Positions 36,364 through 48,833 of a stretch of DNA of 64,000 bases are shown piece after piece. The notes under the pieces are model-generated. The model had not been told where the DNA came from and searched no databases. It was given only the letters and a program-made list of their open reading frames with translations. The stretch's first letter is position 1. Each line of letters opens with the position of its first letter. Source of the DNA: Gekko japonicus. Taxonomy: Eukaryota. The DNA lies in NCBI RefSeq assembly GCF_001447785.1, contig NW_015168093.1, positions 192,032 through 256,031 on the forward strand, read 5' to 3'. A program made the translations under genes and the position numbers.

Positions 36364-37821
36364 TCTGTGGCTCCAGCGATGGCAGAGGCTCTCTCCTGAA
36401 CAGGGGAGGCATTCCGCGCTCCAGGGGTGCTGGAGGGGTGCCACCTCAAGTGACACCCCCAGGTGAGCCTCAGAGTGGAGGCTCCAAGCCGGGGGCACTT
36501 GGGGGGCGACCTCTTCGATGGCTAGAAGCCGGAGAATTGAGGCGCTCCTTCTTGCCCCAATCGGTCCACCCCCTGAGAGGCTCGGTTTTTACCGAGCATA
36601 GCTGATGCCGATCGGAACAAGCAAGAGGGTCAGCGAATGAAGCGCGAATAAAAGGTGTCTGAGACCNNNNNNNNNNNNNNNNNNNNNNNNNNNNNNNNNN
36701 NNNNNNNNNNNNNNNNNNNNNNNNNNNNNNNNNNNNNNNNNNNNNNNNNNNNNNNNNNNNNNNNNNNNNNNNNNNNNNNNNNNNNNNNNNNNNNNNNNNN
36801 NNNNNNNNNNNNNNNNNNNNNNNNNNNNNNNNNNNNNAAATGGAAAAAGCAAATAAAACTCTTAGATTCCAAGGGGTGGCTGAAATGCCAGGAGAAATTT
36901 TGAAAGACGTGGCAGCTGAGCTAATTGTCTTATCGCTCGGCAGTACACCGGCTGAAGCGCATGCAGAGATTGAAGTGACATATCGATCCTACTCTAAATA
37001 TATTAAACAAAACAACTTGCCAGGCGAGATTGTTGTCAAATTTCTCCGACGACAGACAAGAGACGATATTCTTAAAGCGACAGCAGCCAAACCCCTACAG
37101 CTGGGATCAGTAAATATCAGGGTCCTAAAGGACATTCCATTTGAGGTCCGACAGAAAAGAAAAGCATATAAAGAGCTTATCTCAACACTTCAGATCAACC
37201 AGATTCAATATGCCTGGCTTTTTCCAGAGGGGGTGCAGTTTAAATACAAAGACAAAAGAGAAAAAATCGACTCGGTGTCCAAAGCAGAAGAATGGTTGAA
37301 GCGGTTTTTCGGATTGAAAGAGGAAGAGCAGCAAGACGATGGAGGCCAGGCAGCCAGCCTGGAAGAGACGGACGGAGACCTAATAGGAGCAGAAGGAGGC
37401 GCGGCCAGAGAGGCATATGATTTACGGCTAAGAGTTGCCAAGTAGCGCTTATGACCTAAAAGATTTATGAATGAACTGGATGAAGTCTTTGTGCATACTG
37501 AGAAGAAATTAGACATTTACTAAAATGGACTCACTAATCTCCTTAATTCATTGACTTAAACGAAAGCTTTAATTTTTTAATGACTAACTGTATACTAACT
37601 GTTAATGACCTTCCTTTCTTGGGTTTTTAGTTATAGTGTGGGTTCTTTTTCTTTTGTATTGTCTGTACTCTGGGGTTTGTTATTTTAGTTTGTTATTTTT
37701 TTTCCCCTTCCCCCCCTATCTTTCTTCCCCCCCCCTTTCCCTATTTTTTCCTTTCTGTAGTCACGTAGGTGTAACAAAAAAATTAATAAAGCTACCCTTT
37801 TCAGGGGATTAAAAAAAAAAG
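36364..37821 (+). mobile_element. L1-derived element with ORF1 only (HAL1-like), 3' UTR and poly(A)
   Basis: ORF 36840-37445 resembles L1 ORF1p RRM/CTD; aataaa near 37785, A10 tail; TSD aaagaaagt(g/c)tag; N gap inside. Confidence 0.75.
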
Positions 37822-38319
37822 AAAGAAAGTCTAGAGCACTGTAAAGTAGGGCACAGGTAGACACTGGATTAGAGCAAGTTGAATGTGGGGGATGTGTTGG
37901 AAATTTTAATCTTTAATGTTTTTATTTATAGTTTTCTCTGTATATCACCATGAGTAACCTATGAATAGAAAGGAGTCAACAAAAAGAATAAGTAATAATC
38001 ATACTGATGTCTTGCAGTTGAAAATGCATAGCAATAGCAGATGCCTTCAAGGGAAGGTGGCTTGCTAGAGAACAGTAGATATGGAAGGGAATATGCAAGA
38101 AGTGTTTTATCATGCTGTAAAAATAGGAATGGATAGAGGAATTCTAGGATGGAAAGAGCATTCATGAGAAAAGCTTCTGTCTTTTGGTTACAGAGCTTAA
38201 TACAACAGTGAAGAGATCAGATGGCCTAAACATGGGATAACAGTGTCAGCTTGGGAAGTAGGGGTCAGCCACTCCCTTCTCATATTCCTGTAGCAGAGAC
38301 CTCTTTCTTCTTCTTGCAG

Positions 38320-38355
38320 GGAATTGAAGGCCCCAGAGGTCCCCCTGGAGTTCGT
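38320..38355 (+). CDS. COL7A1: Exon, 36 nt: GIEGPRGPPGVR
   Basis: ttgcag / gtaagt. Confidence 0.93.
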
Positions 38356-38487
38356 GTAAGTCTTTTCATTCCTGCCTTGGAAAGGAGCAAAATGCCCTGC
38401 TTCACCTGTGATTCCCGGAGAATCTTGTGTCACATCCTACAGATGCATCTGTAAATCGGTTATATGTGCATCTGTTCTACTTTTCAG

Positions 38488-38523
38488 GGTGACCCTGGAG
38501 AACGAGGCCCTGTAGGAGAAAAG
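38488..38523 (+). CDS. COL7A1: Exon, 36 nt: GDPGERGPVGEK
   Basis: tttcag / gtaaga. Confidence 0.93.
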
Positions 38524-39939
38524 GTAAGAGAGTTATAAACTTTTGTCACATGCCAAAGGAGGTTGTGGAAGGAAGGGTAATACTGTTACAAAAACCATTA
38601 GAAATCCTCTAAATCTTTACACAGGTCTATGCTTGTGAAGTGATTTTCTTCATGTAAGTGCAAAACCTGAGGGCAGGATTTGGCACCCTGTGGAACTTTT
38701 GCTTTATACTGAAGCAAACTTCTACTTTATGAGGTCACAGAATGCTAAGCAAATGAAGGGGAGGGCACAGAATGCCGGGAAAGAGGAAAGGAGGTAAAGT
38801 CAGTTGGTGACAGTTGAAGAAGAAGGCGCTGAAGAGAGCAGAGGGGAGTGAGAAGATAGAAAGAGAAAACACAGTGGAGAGGACATCAGGAAGCAGAGGA
38901 AGAGTGGTCGTGGAGCAACTGAACCGGTAAACCGAAAGGAACTTCCTTTGTCAGGGACTGCTGTTCATAGTTTAAAGAAATTTTGTTAGGCGTCAGATAG
39001 ATAAAAGACTGACTTCCAGTCTGCCTCTCCTTATCTGTCATTAAGGACTGTCATCATGACTGGGTAAAAGAGGACCCTGGTAGACTTACTGGAGAGTCTG
39101 TATCCATGCATCTACACAGTATTATTTAACAGTTTAGACAAAACATGTTTCCAAGAAGCAAAAGATATCTGGGTTGTATCCGTTACTTTAGAATTTTATT
39201 CCTGCATCAGGCTTACAGTGTTGTGAGTTATTACAGGACTTGTGACATTCTGTTGAGCTTAATTCAGAAAAGGGGCCAGTGGGCTTAGTGCTACCACCTG
39301 GAATTCTGTGTTCTTCACCGTTAAAATGGGCAGTGTAGGGTAATGTTGGATTTGCTAGTCTACTGAATTGTAAGTTCAAATGTGTAATTTCAATTTAGAG
39401 ATCTCAAATGTGTCTAGGGTGCTCAGAGTTCTCTTGGTTCAGAGTTTGGTGAGTTTTCTTGGTTCAGAATTTGGATTACATTGGAGCAGAATGTTGGGGT
39501 TTTGTTTCATATTCTTTTCTAGCCCATTATACAAAACCTTGCAGCACATAACTCCCTGTAGTTGAAGTTGGGGGGTGGGGGTGGGCGTCCTACACATGGA
39601 TCTGTCACTGGGCATCAGAGAAACCTGTGCCTCCCACACTCCGTTTTACTCCCCTTCCACCCAGCTCTGGATGGATTAGGATTAGTAATCCATTGCCACC
39701 ACCTCTGGAGTTATTAATCTTTAGGGAATTTTTTATTCTGGAAAACGCCAGAAGTCTTCTACCTGCACCCCTTATTTCCCTTGGCAGCATGTCCTTTATA
39801 ATGAGGATGAAACTGCATCGGATTACAGTCAAGTCAGAGCTGTGTGAACAGCTAGGCAGAGCTTTTAAAAAAGGTTGCATTGAAACCCCCCCAAGTGACC
39901 AGAAAAAAAGATCTTATTATTATATCTGTAACCATGAGA

Positions 39940-40214
39940 GCTAGTTTGGTGTAGTGGTTAAGTGTGTGGACTCTAATCTGGGAGAATCGGGTTTGATTCC
40001 CCACTCCTCCACTTGCACCTGCTGATGTGACCTTGGGTCAGTCACAAGCTCTGGCACAGCTGTCCTTGAAAAAGAGCAGTTTGTGTCAGAGTTCTCTCAG
40101 CCCCACCCACCTCACAGGGTGTCTGTTGTGGGGAGGGGAAGGGAAAGGAGTTTGTAAGCCGCTCTGAGACTCCAAGTGAAGGGCGGGGTATAAATCCAAT
40201 CTCCTCTTCTTCTT
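39940..40214 (+). mobile_element. Same SINE family, copy 2
   Basis: High identity to 31555-31840. Confidence 0.85.
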
Positions 40215-40216
40215 CA

Positions 40217-40620
40217 CCCTATGGAGTTTTATAAATACATCATTATTGGGGGGCCCTTCTTTTACCCATCTTATATACACAAACCATTTCTTCCTTATTT
40301 CCAACGCCTTATCTTCCCATGTCTTTTCCTGTTTTATTATCAATAAAATATCTGATTGAATCCATTCATACAGGTACCGGTTCCAACTTTCCAAAGTCCA
40401 TTTTAAAGCATCTTTCCATCCATATGCTATTACCGCATGAGCAGTTAGAATCATAGCTTTAAACAAATCCTTTTTGGATTTATCTACTTTATTATTTCCC
40501 AGCAGTCCCATAAATAACACTTTCTCATTCAACTCAGTCTTAACACTACATAAATTATCTACCTTTTCCAAGATCAGATTCCAACATTCCATTACCTTAG
40601 GGCATTCCCACCAATAACAT
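40217..40620 (-). mobile_element. L1 ORF2 C-terminal fragment
   Basis: WWECPKVMECW...LFMGLL...AHAVIAYGWK. Confidence 0.75.
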
Positions 40621-41450
40621 CCCCTTCTGTGCTGGGAGATCATTCTCGTCCAACTGGATGACCAAGGCATACAGGGGCCCCAGATTGACACGCAGTGTGA
40701 CACAGTGGAACGGAGAGCAGACCAGCACACTGCCCTAATAGGGGGTGGGCGGGCAAGCAAATCCCACCGGCCCACTCGTGGCCCTGCCCCTGGACATGTG
40801 TCCCGCACACCAGGGTTGACTGTCACCACCAGACCCTGCTGTTGGACCAAACCATGAGGCCCGCCAGATGACTGGCACAATGGATGACTGCACTGCTCTC
40901 TCCCCTGACTTCACTAAGTGACGCTGAGATAAGTCTCAGCCGTGTCTTGTGGAGAAGAAAGCAATTAAAAAGCTTACATAAAAAGTTAGCGCAAAATAGT
41001 GAAATGTCTTGTGTAGACTCACAGAGCAGCTGGTTAGTTTGCTCTGGGAGAGCAGCAGAGTGCCATCTGTTGGGTTGGGATTTAAACTGTGTGATTCCAT
41101 TCAGCAAAAGTGAAGAGTGATGAGGTGTTGCCATCTGGTACAAACTAGCACTTTGTATTGTATCTCTCCCTTATTATAATTGAATAGCAACGTTCTATAT
41201 TGAACGTTCTAAATTTGGCCCCTTTAGTGTTTGGCCGGAAGAACTGTCAGTCAGAAGACGCTGGCTGGGTTGACTGGCTGCTTTGTGCAGTCCCGCCCAG
41301 CATTTCAAGGTCTTTTGCATATGGAAGCTGATTGGACTTCCCTCCATTCCGCACCTCAAACTCCCCACCCCCCCGCAAGGCAGTTGGAATTTTCAGTTGC
41401 ATATGGGAACTGCTGTATTCTGAGGTAACATATGTCCTCACTTAAAAGCT

Positions 41451-41880
41451 NNNNNNNNNNNNNNNNNNNNNNNNNNNNNNNNNNNNNNNNNNNNNNNNNN
41501 NNNNNNNNNNNNNNNNNNNNNNNNNNNNNNNNNNNNNNNNNNNNNNNNNNNNNNNNNNNNNNNNNNNNNNNNNNNNNNNNNNNNNNNNNNNNNNNNNNNN
41601 NNNNNNNNNNNNNNNNNNNNNNNNNNNNNNNNNNNNNNNNNNNNNNNNNNNNNNNNNNNNNNNNNNNNNNNNNNNNNNNNNNNNNNNNNNNNNNNNNNNN
41701 NNNNNNNNNNNNNNNNNNNNNNNNNNNNNNNNNNNNNNNNNNNNNNNNNNNNNNNNNNNNNNNNNNNNNNNNNNNNNNNNNNNNNNNNNNNNNNNNNNNN
41801 NNNNNNNNNNNNNNNNNNNNNNNNNNNNNNNNNNNNNNNNNNNNNNNNNNNNNNNNNNNNNNNNNNNNNNNNNNNNNNNN
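41451..41880. other. Assembly gap (others at 11980-12021 and 36667-36837)
   Basis: Runs of N; flanking exons are consecutive in the recalled human protein, so probably no exon is hidden. Confidence 0.95.
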
Positions 41881-42421
41881 GGGTGTCATGGGAATTCCAT
41901 GACACAAGGATGCAAGTGTAAGCCTTGTAGAATATTTATTATTTAAAAGTTTGTAACTGTTTTCCCTGGTATAGTTGTACCAGGTCTGAAAACATTGCCC
42001 TCTAAAGGGAAGCTGGGTGAGTGGCTGCTTGGCAGCAGGACAGGGGAGGGGTAGACTCCAAGAGAAAGAGAAGAAGCTGAGGTGTTTGCTCATGAGGGAG
42101 TGCAGAATTTCTGTGGGGGGAGGAGTTTCAGAAAAGAAAAACATGTGGAGCAATGAGAATGGCAGTTGGCAGAAGAATGGCCATCTTCTGGTGTGGGCCT
42201 TTGATTCACAGTTTTTATAGTTTTTATGGGACTTTTGTTGCCGCTATGTGAAAAAGTGGTTTCTCAGAATCTGTGAAAAGGGCAACCTCACCAAGTACTC
42301 AGAACTGTCTTCATTAGTGAAATAGAGCCCAGAGAGGCTGTAATACTAAGGACACTTTTCCTGAAATGTAAGTCCTACTGCATAACTTGAGACTTACGTC
42401 TGAGTAGACCTGCTTCAGGTT

Positions 42422-42697
42422 GCCAGTTTGGTGTAGTGGTTAAGTGTGCGGACTCTAATCTGGGAAAACCGGGTTTGATTCCCCACTCCTCCACTTGCTC
42501 CTGCTGGATGACCTTGGGCAAGCCATAGTTCTGGCACAGCTGTTCTTGAAAAAGAGCAGTTTCTGTCAGAGCTCTCTCAGCCCACCTACCTCAAAGGGTG
42601 TCTGTTGTGGGGAGGGGAAGGGAAAGGAGTTTGTAAGCCACTCTGAGACTCCTTTGGGTAGTGAAGGGCGGGGTATAAATCCAATCTCTTCTTCTTC
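42422..42697 (+). mobile_element. Same SINE family, copy 3
   Basis: High identity to 31555-31840. Confidence 0.85.
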
Positions 42698-43232
42698 TCC
42701 CTAAAGGACTTAATTCTCCTTTCATCTTGACTTTAAGGCTACTTAACATATTTTATTATTGACACTTTTTCATTAAAAAAGGGTTTTTTTAATACCCCTT
42801 GCTTTCCTCATCTTTAAGTGCAAGCTTGTTTGTTTAAGTCTTGTTCAGGGTTTGACTGTGACTGCTAATCTGGCCTTTTTAAAGGTAAAGGGGTTATACA
42901 AGGATTCAGGAAAGTTAGTTACAATTAGGAAAATGTTCATAATGAATCAGTGAGATCTGTGAAACCATGAGATTCCTTACACTTCCATTCCTTATCATTA
43001 CATGATATGGAAAAGCCCAGAATGAGCAAGAGGTCTACTTGGACAGAAATGTATCAGTTACTTGTTTTAGCACTGATGGGGACTGTGGAACTGTCCAATG
43101 AAGTATAGGGCTTAGAATTATCACAATGGATTTTGGAATTTGTGTTCTGCTGTTCCAAGTGCTCACATCAAACATAGAGCACAAATGATTCACATACTCA
43201 AATGATTCACATACTTTTCAATTCTTTTTTAG

Positions 43233-43313
43233 GGTGATCGAGGCCCTCCAGGTCTGGATGGTCGGAATGGGATAGATGGAAAACCTGGGCAAATTGGTCC
43301 TGCAGGACAAAGG
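43233..43313 (+). CDS. COL7A1: Exon, 81 nt: GDRGPPGLDGRNGIDGKPGQIGPAGQR
   Basis: ttttag / gtaagt. Confidence 0.94.
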
Positions 43314-45904
43314 GTAAGTGTAAGGCTTCATGGAAGACCCAGTAAACAGGTAAATGGTAAACAACTGCAGTTAAACCATGATGTCACTGCTTCAGAATTC
43401 AGAATGAGCTGCTCTGGGGAGCTGTTGCCAAGATATTATTTATAGTGATTTGAGCACTTATTTCACTTATTTATTAATGTCCATAATGGTGGTTGTTGCT
43501 GTTTTGGTCTCAAAGAATAAAAAAAATAAAAGATAGGTCAAATGATGATAGTGTTTATGAGAGCAAATTAGGTTGTTTATAAGTACATTCAATGCATATA
43601 CATTGATTAAATATGCATACAAATATATACTGATGATAAAAGAAAAAATCTTCAGTACCAACAATGAAAATGGGTGGAGCAAAACTATAGCAACATAAGA
43701 AGTGGCCTACTGGATCACACCTGTGGCCCATGTACTCCAGGATCATGTCTCATACAGTGGGCAGCCACTGCATTGACCAAACTCCACCCTATTGGGAACA
43801 GCGGGGTGACAGACCCCATACTTCATGGGACCCTCCCCCCCAGGCCATAGGGTCATTCTACCCAGCACGCAGACAAGCAGTCCAGCTGCCTGAGAATTGG
43901 CTTCCAACAGCTTAAAGGAGGCTGAAGGGGCACCCAAGGATGCCATCCGCTGGCAGCAGCAGCTATAAGAAGCCCAACAATGGCCAGAAGTGTCAGTCTG
44001 TCTGGAGAAGTAGGAGTGGACTGCATGCCTGAAGACACAGGGGGCACATATGTTAGGCTAACTGGCATAAAGTGTAAACAAAAGAGAGCATAGTTGTTCC
44101 GTGATGCTCTCTGAACCTTGAAGGTTTCTATACTTCTACACAAGGCTCTTGGTTTTAATTGGACCACCATTTGGCCGAGTTCTGTTACCTCTTAAAAAGT
44201 AGTTAAACATATTAGTTCATTGTAGCTGCGGTCAGACGACAGACTTAGCACGGTCTGGGGCCACCTCTAATTTATCCGGGGTTCTTTGTAACTGAGACTT
44301 TTGATCAGACATCCCCCCCCCCCCCCCCCCAACCTGCCTCACTGCGCATTCACCCCATGGTTTATCAATCAGACGCGGCAGCCATGGAGTGGGGCGGTTG
44401 GGCAGCTTTTAAAAAATTATTTGTCTTTTGAGCATGTGCATAAATGTTTATTGGAAACAGTGCTTCAAACTTCTGGCAGGATGGCAGCAGTTGTTGGCCA
44501 ATGGGATTGCTGGAGGAGGCTGCTGGGAAGTGTTTTTGAAACTGTGCTTTTGAAAAATTCAATGTTTCAAGCATTTCAAAGCTGGGGGGAGAGAATAGAG
44601 AAGCCTCATCCTGTGTCCTGTATGCTGCTGACATTTTTATTTAAAAGCTTGGAGTGAAGCTGGAGTCACAGACAAATCATTTCCCCAGAAAACACTTTCC
44701 TGGGGCCACCTTTTTGGGGAACCATAACTCGGACCCTGTAAACCCAGTCCTCACCAAACTTGGTGGGCAGGTAGAGGAGAGTCAGCCCAAGATCCTCTGC
44801 AAGTTTGGTGTCTCTAGCATGCTGGAGGGGTGTTCTACTGCCTTACAAACTGATCTGATCTGTGGTTTGTGAATGGGGCACGTCACGAACCACAAAGTGA
44901 AGTGCATTTTCCTGGCTCATGCCAATATGTGATCAAAACAGAACATAGATGATTAAGATAGAAAAAATTACTTCGGACTTTTACAGGATCCGTTCTATAC
45001 ACTCCTGAACCTGTGCCTGTCAAAATGACCAAGGTTCAGGAGTGTATAGAATGGATCCTGTGCAAGCTAGAGACATCAGAGTCACAGGTTACCTCCCCCT
45101 CTGCATGTCCTCCAAGTTGCTGGTTTGAAGTTCTGTAAACATTTTGATTGAGTGGACACAGTCTGGGAATGCCTCCCCTCAGGAACTGTCAGGAACCTCC
45201 ACAAACAGCTTGAAAGTTTGTGGAAAGTTTGTGCTGGATGACCTGCCACGAACTTGACTTTGCAAAGCAAGAACCGCCCAGAATTTATCACGAACTTTAG
45301 TTTGTGAGCTGGTTCATGCCCATCCCTACATATGTTGGGCCGTTATGAAATCTACTTTAACTTCTGTGGTAAGAAAGGAGCTTTGTTTCTGTGACATCAC
45401 AGTCAGTGTTTTGTATCTTGTACATGCAGAAATCGGAGGGGAGGGTTTCAACCAGAATTACTTATGGCAGATAAATGACAAGGATATGGATAATTTTTGC
45501 CTGCAAGCCTGCTTTAGGTGACTTAAGATTCAAGATAGAAAAGATTGAAATGGCAGCATTTCACTCATACGGGATCCTGAGCCCACTGGGCTCTACAACT
45601 GTTCCATTGCCATTGGGGTTCACCTGCCCAACATTGTTCCCTGATACCACAAGTATGCAGACTAAATACAACAAGGTACTATAAAGTTTCTTTAACGTTG
45701 ATGGAATAGTAGTATTGTTCTTTGTAAACTGTTGACTGCAGTGACCTTGTCTTTAGGTAACCAGAACTGCATAGGTCTGATCCATTTGGCTCAAGTTCCC
45801 TGTTATTATCCATCTGCATAATATTTTGTTGAGAAATACAGAGTTTATGTGGGAATAGCACTCCTTGTTATGCTGTCATGATCTTAGGTGATATCACCTC
45901 ATGG

Positions 45905-46172
45905 TAGGGCTGCCAAATCCCCCCGGGGGGCGGATTTCCCCCCGCTTTGGAGGCCCGATTTCCGCTGCTGCGGAATCGGGCCCCGGGGGAAACCCCACCC
46001 CGGCGTGCATGTCAGCAGGATTTGACGTGATGATGCTGGGCACGCTGGGGGTGGGGCCACAGCCATTTGAGGGGAATCATTGAGGGGAAAACATTTGAGG
46101 GGAAAATTTGAGGCGCTGAGGACGCCGAACGGGAGCCCCCCGCTGCCAGGTAAAAACGATTTGGCAACCCTA
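45905..46172. mobile_element. hAT (Tip100-like) MITE
   Basis: TIR tagggctgccaaatc / gatttggcaacccta; perfect 8-bp TSD cctcatgg. Confidence 0.9.
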
Positions 46173-46262
46173 CCTCATGGAAACTGTATTAATATAATGT
46201 AGGCGTGCAAATAGGGCATTGCTCTGACTCCTAATCATATCTGCAGTTTCTTTTTTTCCTAG

Positions 46263-46298
46263 GGTGACCCAGGAAAACAGGGGGACCCAGGCAGAGAT
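46263..46298 (+). CDS. COL7A1: Exon, 36 nt: GDPGKQGDPGRD
   Basis: tcctag / gtaagt. Confidence 0.93.
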
Positions 46299-46377
46299 GT
46301 AAGTATGAGAGCTCTGAATCAGTACCTGAATCAGCACGAGTATGGGTCTCAAACACTGATAGTCCTTCCTACAGCCC

Positions 46378-47230
46378 TGTTTCAGTAATGGGGTATTGCT
46401 TGGAAGCTGACACCTTAGAGTAAAATATTGATCTTTTTTCCCCTGATTTTCCTTCTTAACTTCCTGGAACGCAGCCTGTAATGATTCCTTGTTTATGTGT
46501 GTGTGTCTCTTTAAAAGTTTGGTTGCATGGCTGTATGATAGTCTAGAGTGGTTGAAACAGGCAAGTGAGTGTGATTGGTGATTGGCAGAAAGGGGGAGGG
46601 GTTTTAGAAAATGTGTGTCAGTCAAGAGTTACAGTTTAGACAGTTGAAGAAGACAGAGAGTTAGTTAAGTTCTGTGTATGAGAGGAGTGAGACACATCCC
46701 TGTGTGGGATAAGTTAGTTCTGAAGTCTGAGAGAGAGACAGTATGGTGTGTGATACAAGAGTTAAGTTTTGTGTATGAAGAAAAGTTGAAAGTATAAGTT
46801 AAAGAGAAAAATAAAAAGTCTGAGTGACAGACGGGAATGAAATAGGAAACCTATATGACCCTGAGTAATGAGTTACAAAGTTACATGCCAAAATCCCTGA
46901 CAGTGTGAGAGAAAAGTGTGAGAAAAACCAGTTGGAATTGTTCAGTATTTACCCATTCATAGATACAGAGTACTATCCTGTTATGTACGAATTATATCAA
47001 TAAATCTTTTATTTAAGTCTGCCAGCTCTGAAAGCAATACTTCTTCAGGAAACACATAGACCCTCATGAAAGCCTAAAACCTCGACCTACCTACCCAGTG
47101 ATAGAAAATTATTGTATAAAGGTTTGGAAAGCCTTAAATTTCCTGGTGGCAGCCGGATATACACAGTAGAACCAAATAAAAAGAACACTTTAAAGGGAAA
47201 CCAGACCTCCCCAGACAAGGGGACGTCACA
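46378..47230 (+). mobile_element. Solo LTR
   Basis: tgt...aca ends; 6-bp TSD cagccc; internal aataaa. Confidence 0.75.
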
Positions 47231-47528
47231 CAGCCCTTCTTCATTTTTCTGGCCTGTGCATCTTAAGACTTGCACTAAAGGCAAAAATCCCTTAGGCTCT
47301 AAGGCCTTCAGTGATGGGCGATGTCCCTTTTGTTGCCTCTGGCTCTCTGCTTTACATGGAGTCGAGTTGTCCACCTGTCTTGCCTGTCCTGAAGAATATT
47401 TACTCCAGAACTCTTTCTGTGCTACTAGACACAGCTACCATATCCTAAGAAAAGATGGGATAGTTCTGTACTCTATTGTCCAGTTGGGGCTTCCTCTTCA
47501 TTTTTTTTTTTAATTTTTTTTTTTGCAG

Positions 47529-47600
47529 GGACTGCCTGGTCTGCGTGGTGAACAGGGTCCTCCTGGACCACTTGGCTTGCCGGGGCCTCCAGGGTTGTCT
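47529..47600 (+). CDS. COL7A1: Exon, 72 nt: GLPGLRGEQGPPGPLGLPGPPGLS
   Basis: long T tract + gcag / gtgagt. Confidence 0.93.
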
Positions 47601-48549
47601 GTGAGTATTGTGGCTGTTCAGTATCCACTGTCAATACCCCAAACTGTGGGGCTGATTTCTGATCACACAGAGACACGTATTCCCCTAAAAAGATTTGTAT
47701 TGATTTTTGTTCTGTTCCCCTCCCTAAATGCCCATTTTTCATGAAGCAGTAAGTTTGTAGGTGGATCTGTTCTTTGTAAAGAGAACAGATGACTGGTGCA
47801 TTTAAGGTTGGGGCTGCTTTGTTGCTAGCTGTCTACAAAGTCAGGAGGTGGGAAAGGGTGTCACAAGGCATATTCTTCCTCTGAAAGCAAGAATGCTGTG
47901 ATGCGCAAAAACCTAGTTCTGACATTGCCATGGACCTCATGAAGACTTTTGTATTGTGATACATTGTACTGTCTCTGTGATCACATGTTGACAGAGAACC
48001 GATGAAAAAGTGAAGTGCACTGTGATAGAAGATTGCCCTGAGTACATTTGTGCTCAGCAGACTCATACATCTACATATTATAGTTACAGTACTAAAACAT
48101 ACAGGTAAGAATTTTGCAAGGCTCTAGATATTTGGGCTCACAGATGCTTTTAATACCTTCTAGACAATTCTTGTTTCATTCTCAAAAAACCGATACTTTT
48201 GTTTTTTAACCTGAGGGTGAAAGCCAAAGTTAAAATGAACATTTGGCTAGAGTAACCTGGATTCAAATCCTAGTTTAGGAATTCATGAGGTGATTTTAAG
48301 GAGCTCATTGTTTCAGTTTCTAGGTAGTAGAATGTCACTCATATGATTTAGTGAGAACCAGATCTTACCAATAACTGTGCCATATATTGTGTGGAAACTA
48401 GTCTAGCATTTGGGTGTTGCATTATCTGCCACTCTGGATTCTAGCTGAATTGTTCTCTGATGGCCATGATGATGTATTTGCTCTGTTGTAGTTCTTTCAT
48501 CCTAGGGAAACTTTCTTGTTCAGCTAACAACGTGCATTTTCTTTCTCAG

Positions 48550-48594
48550 GGTAAGCCTGGAGAAGATGGAAAACCTGGGCTGAATGGGAAGAAT
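48550..48594 (+). CDS. COL7A1: Exon, 45 nt: GKPGEDGKPGLNGKN
   Basis: tctcag / gtaagt; identical to recalled human peptide. Confidence 0.95.
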
Positions 48595-48797
48595 GTAAGT
48601 GGTGGATCTGACTCCTCCTGGAGAAGTTTGACTTGGGCCCTGCGAGGCAAGGGACTGCATTAGGGAAGGAAGTGGTGGCAATTAAAATATGTCAGTTTTT
48701 ATTAGATTTCATTGCAAATGAACAAATTAGAGATTACAGCACATGCCTTTAAATAGGACTTAGAACGCAAATATGATTGTTCTGTTTTATTTTTCAG

Positions 48798-48833
48798 GGT
48801 GAAGATGGGACACCAGGAGAAGATGGCAGGAAG
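48798..48833 (+). CDS. COL7A1: Exon, 36 nt: GEDGTPGEDGRK
   Basis: tttcag / gtaaac. Confidence 0.93.

Noticed and set aside
36840-37445. Domesticated L1TD1-like host gene
   Set aside because: Flanked by TSD and poly(A) inside an intron, so a retroposon insertion is the simpler reading
38585-39190. Purine-rich LTR-like segment (similar ones at 49220-49650 and 59330-59690)
   Set aside because: Could not define termini or TSDs
40086-40880. 264-aa minus-strand ORF as a nested gene
   Set aside because: Chimeric read-through of unrelated sequence, an L1 ORF2 fragment and a SINE
41356-42153. ORFs of 155-265 aa
   Set aside because: Artefacts of reading through the N gap
48545-48556. cag-G-gtaagc as a recursive splice site
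   Set aside because: Explained by conserved Gly-Lys codons at the exon start
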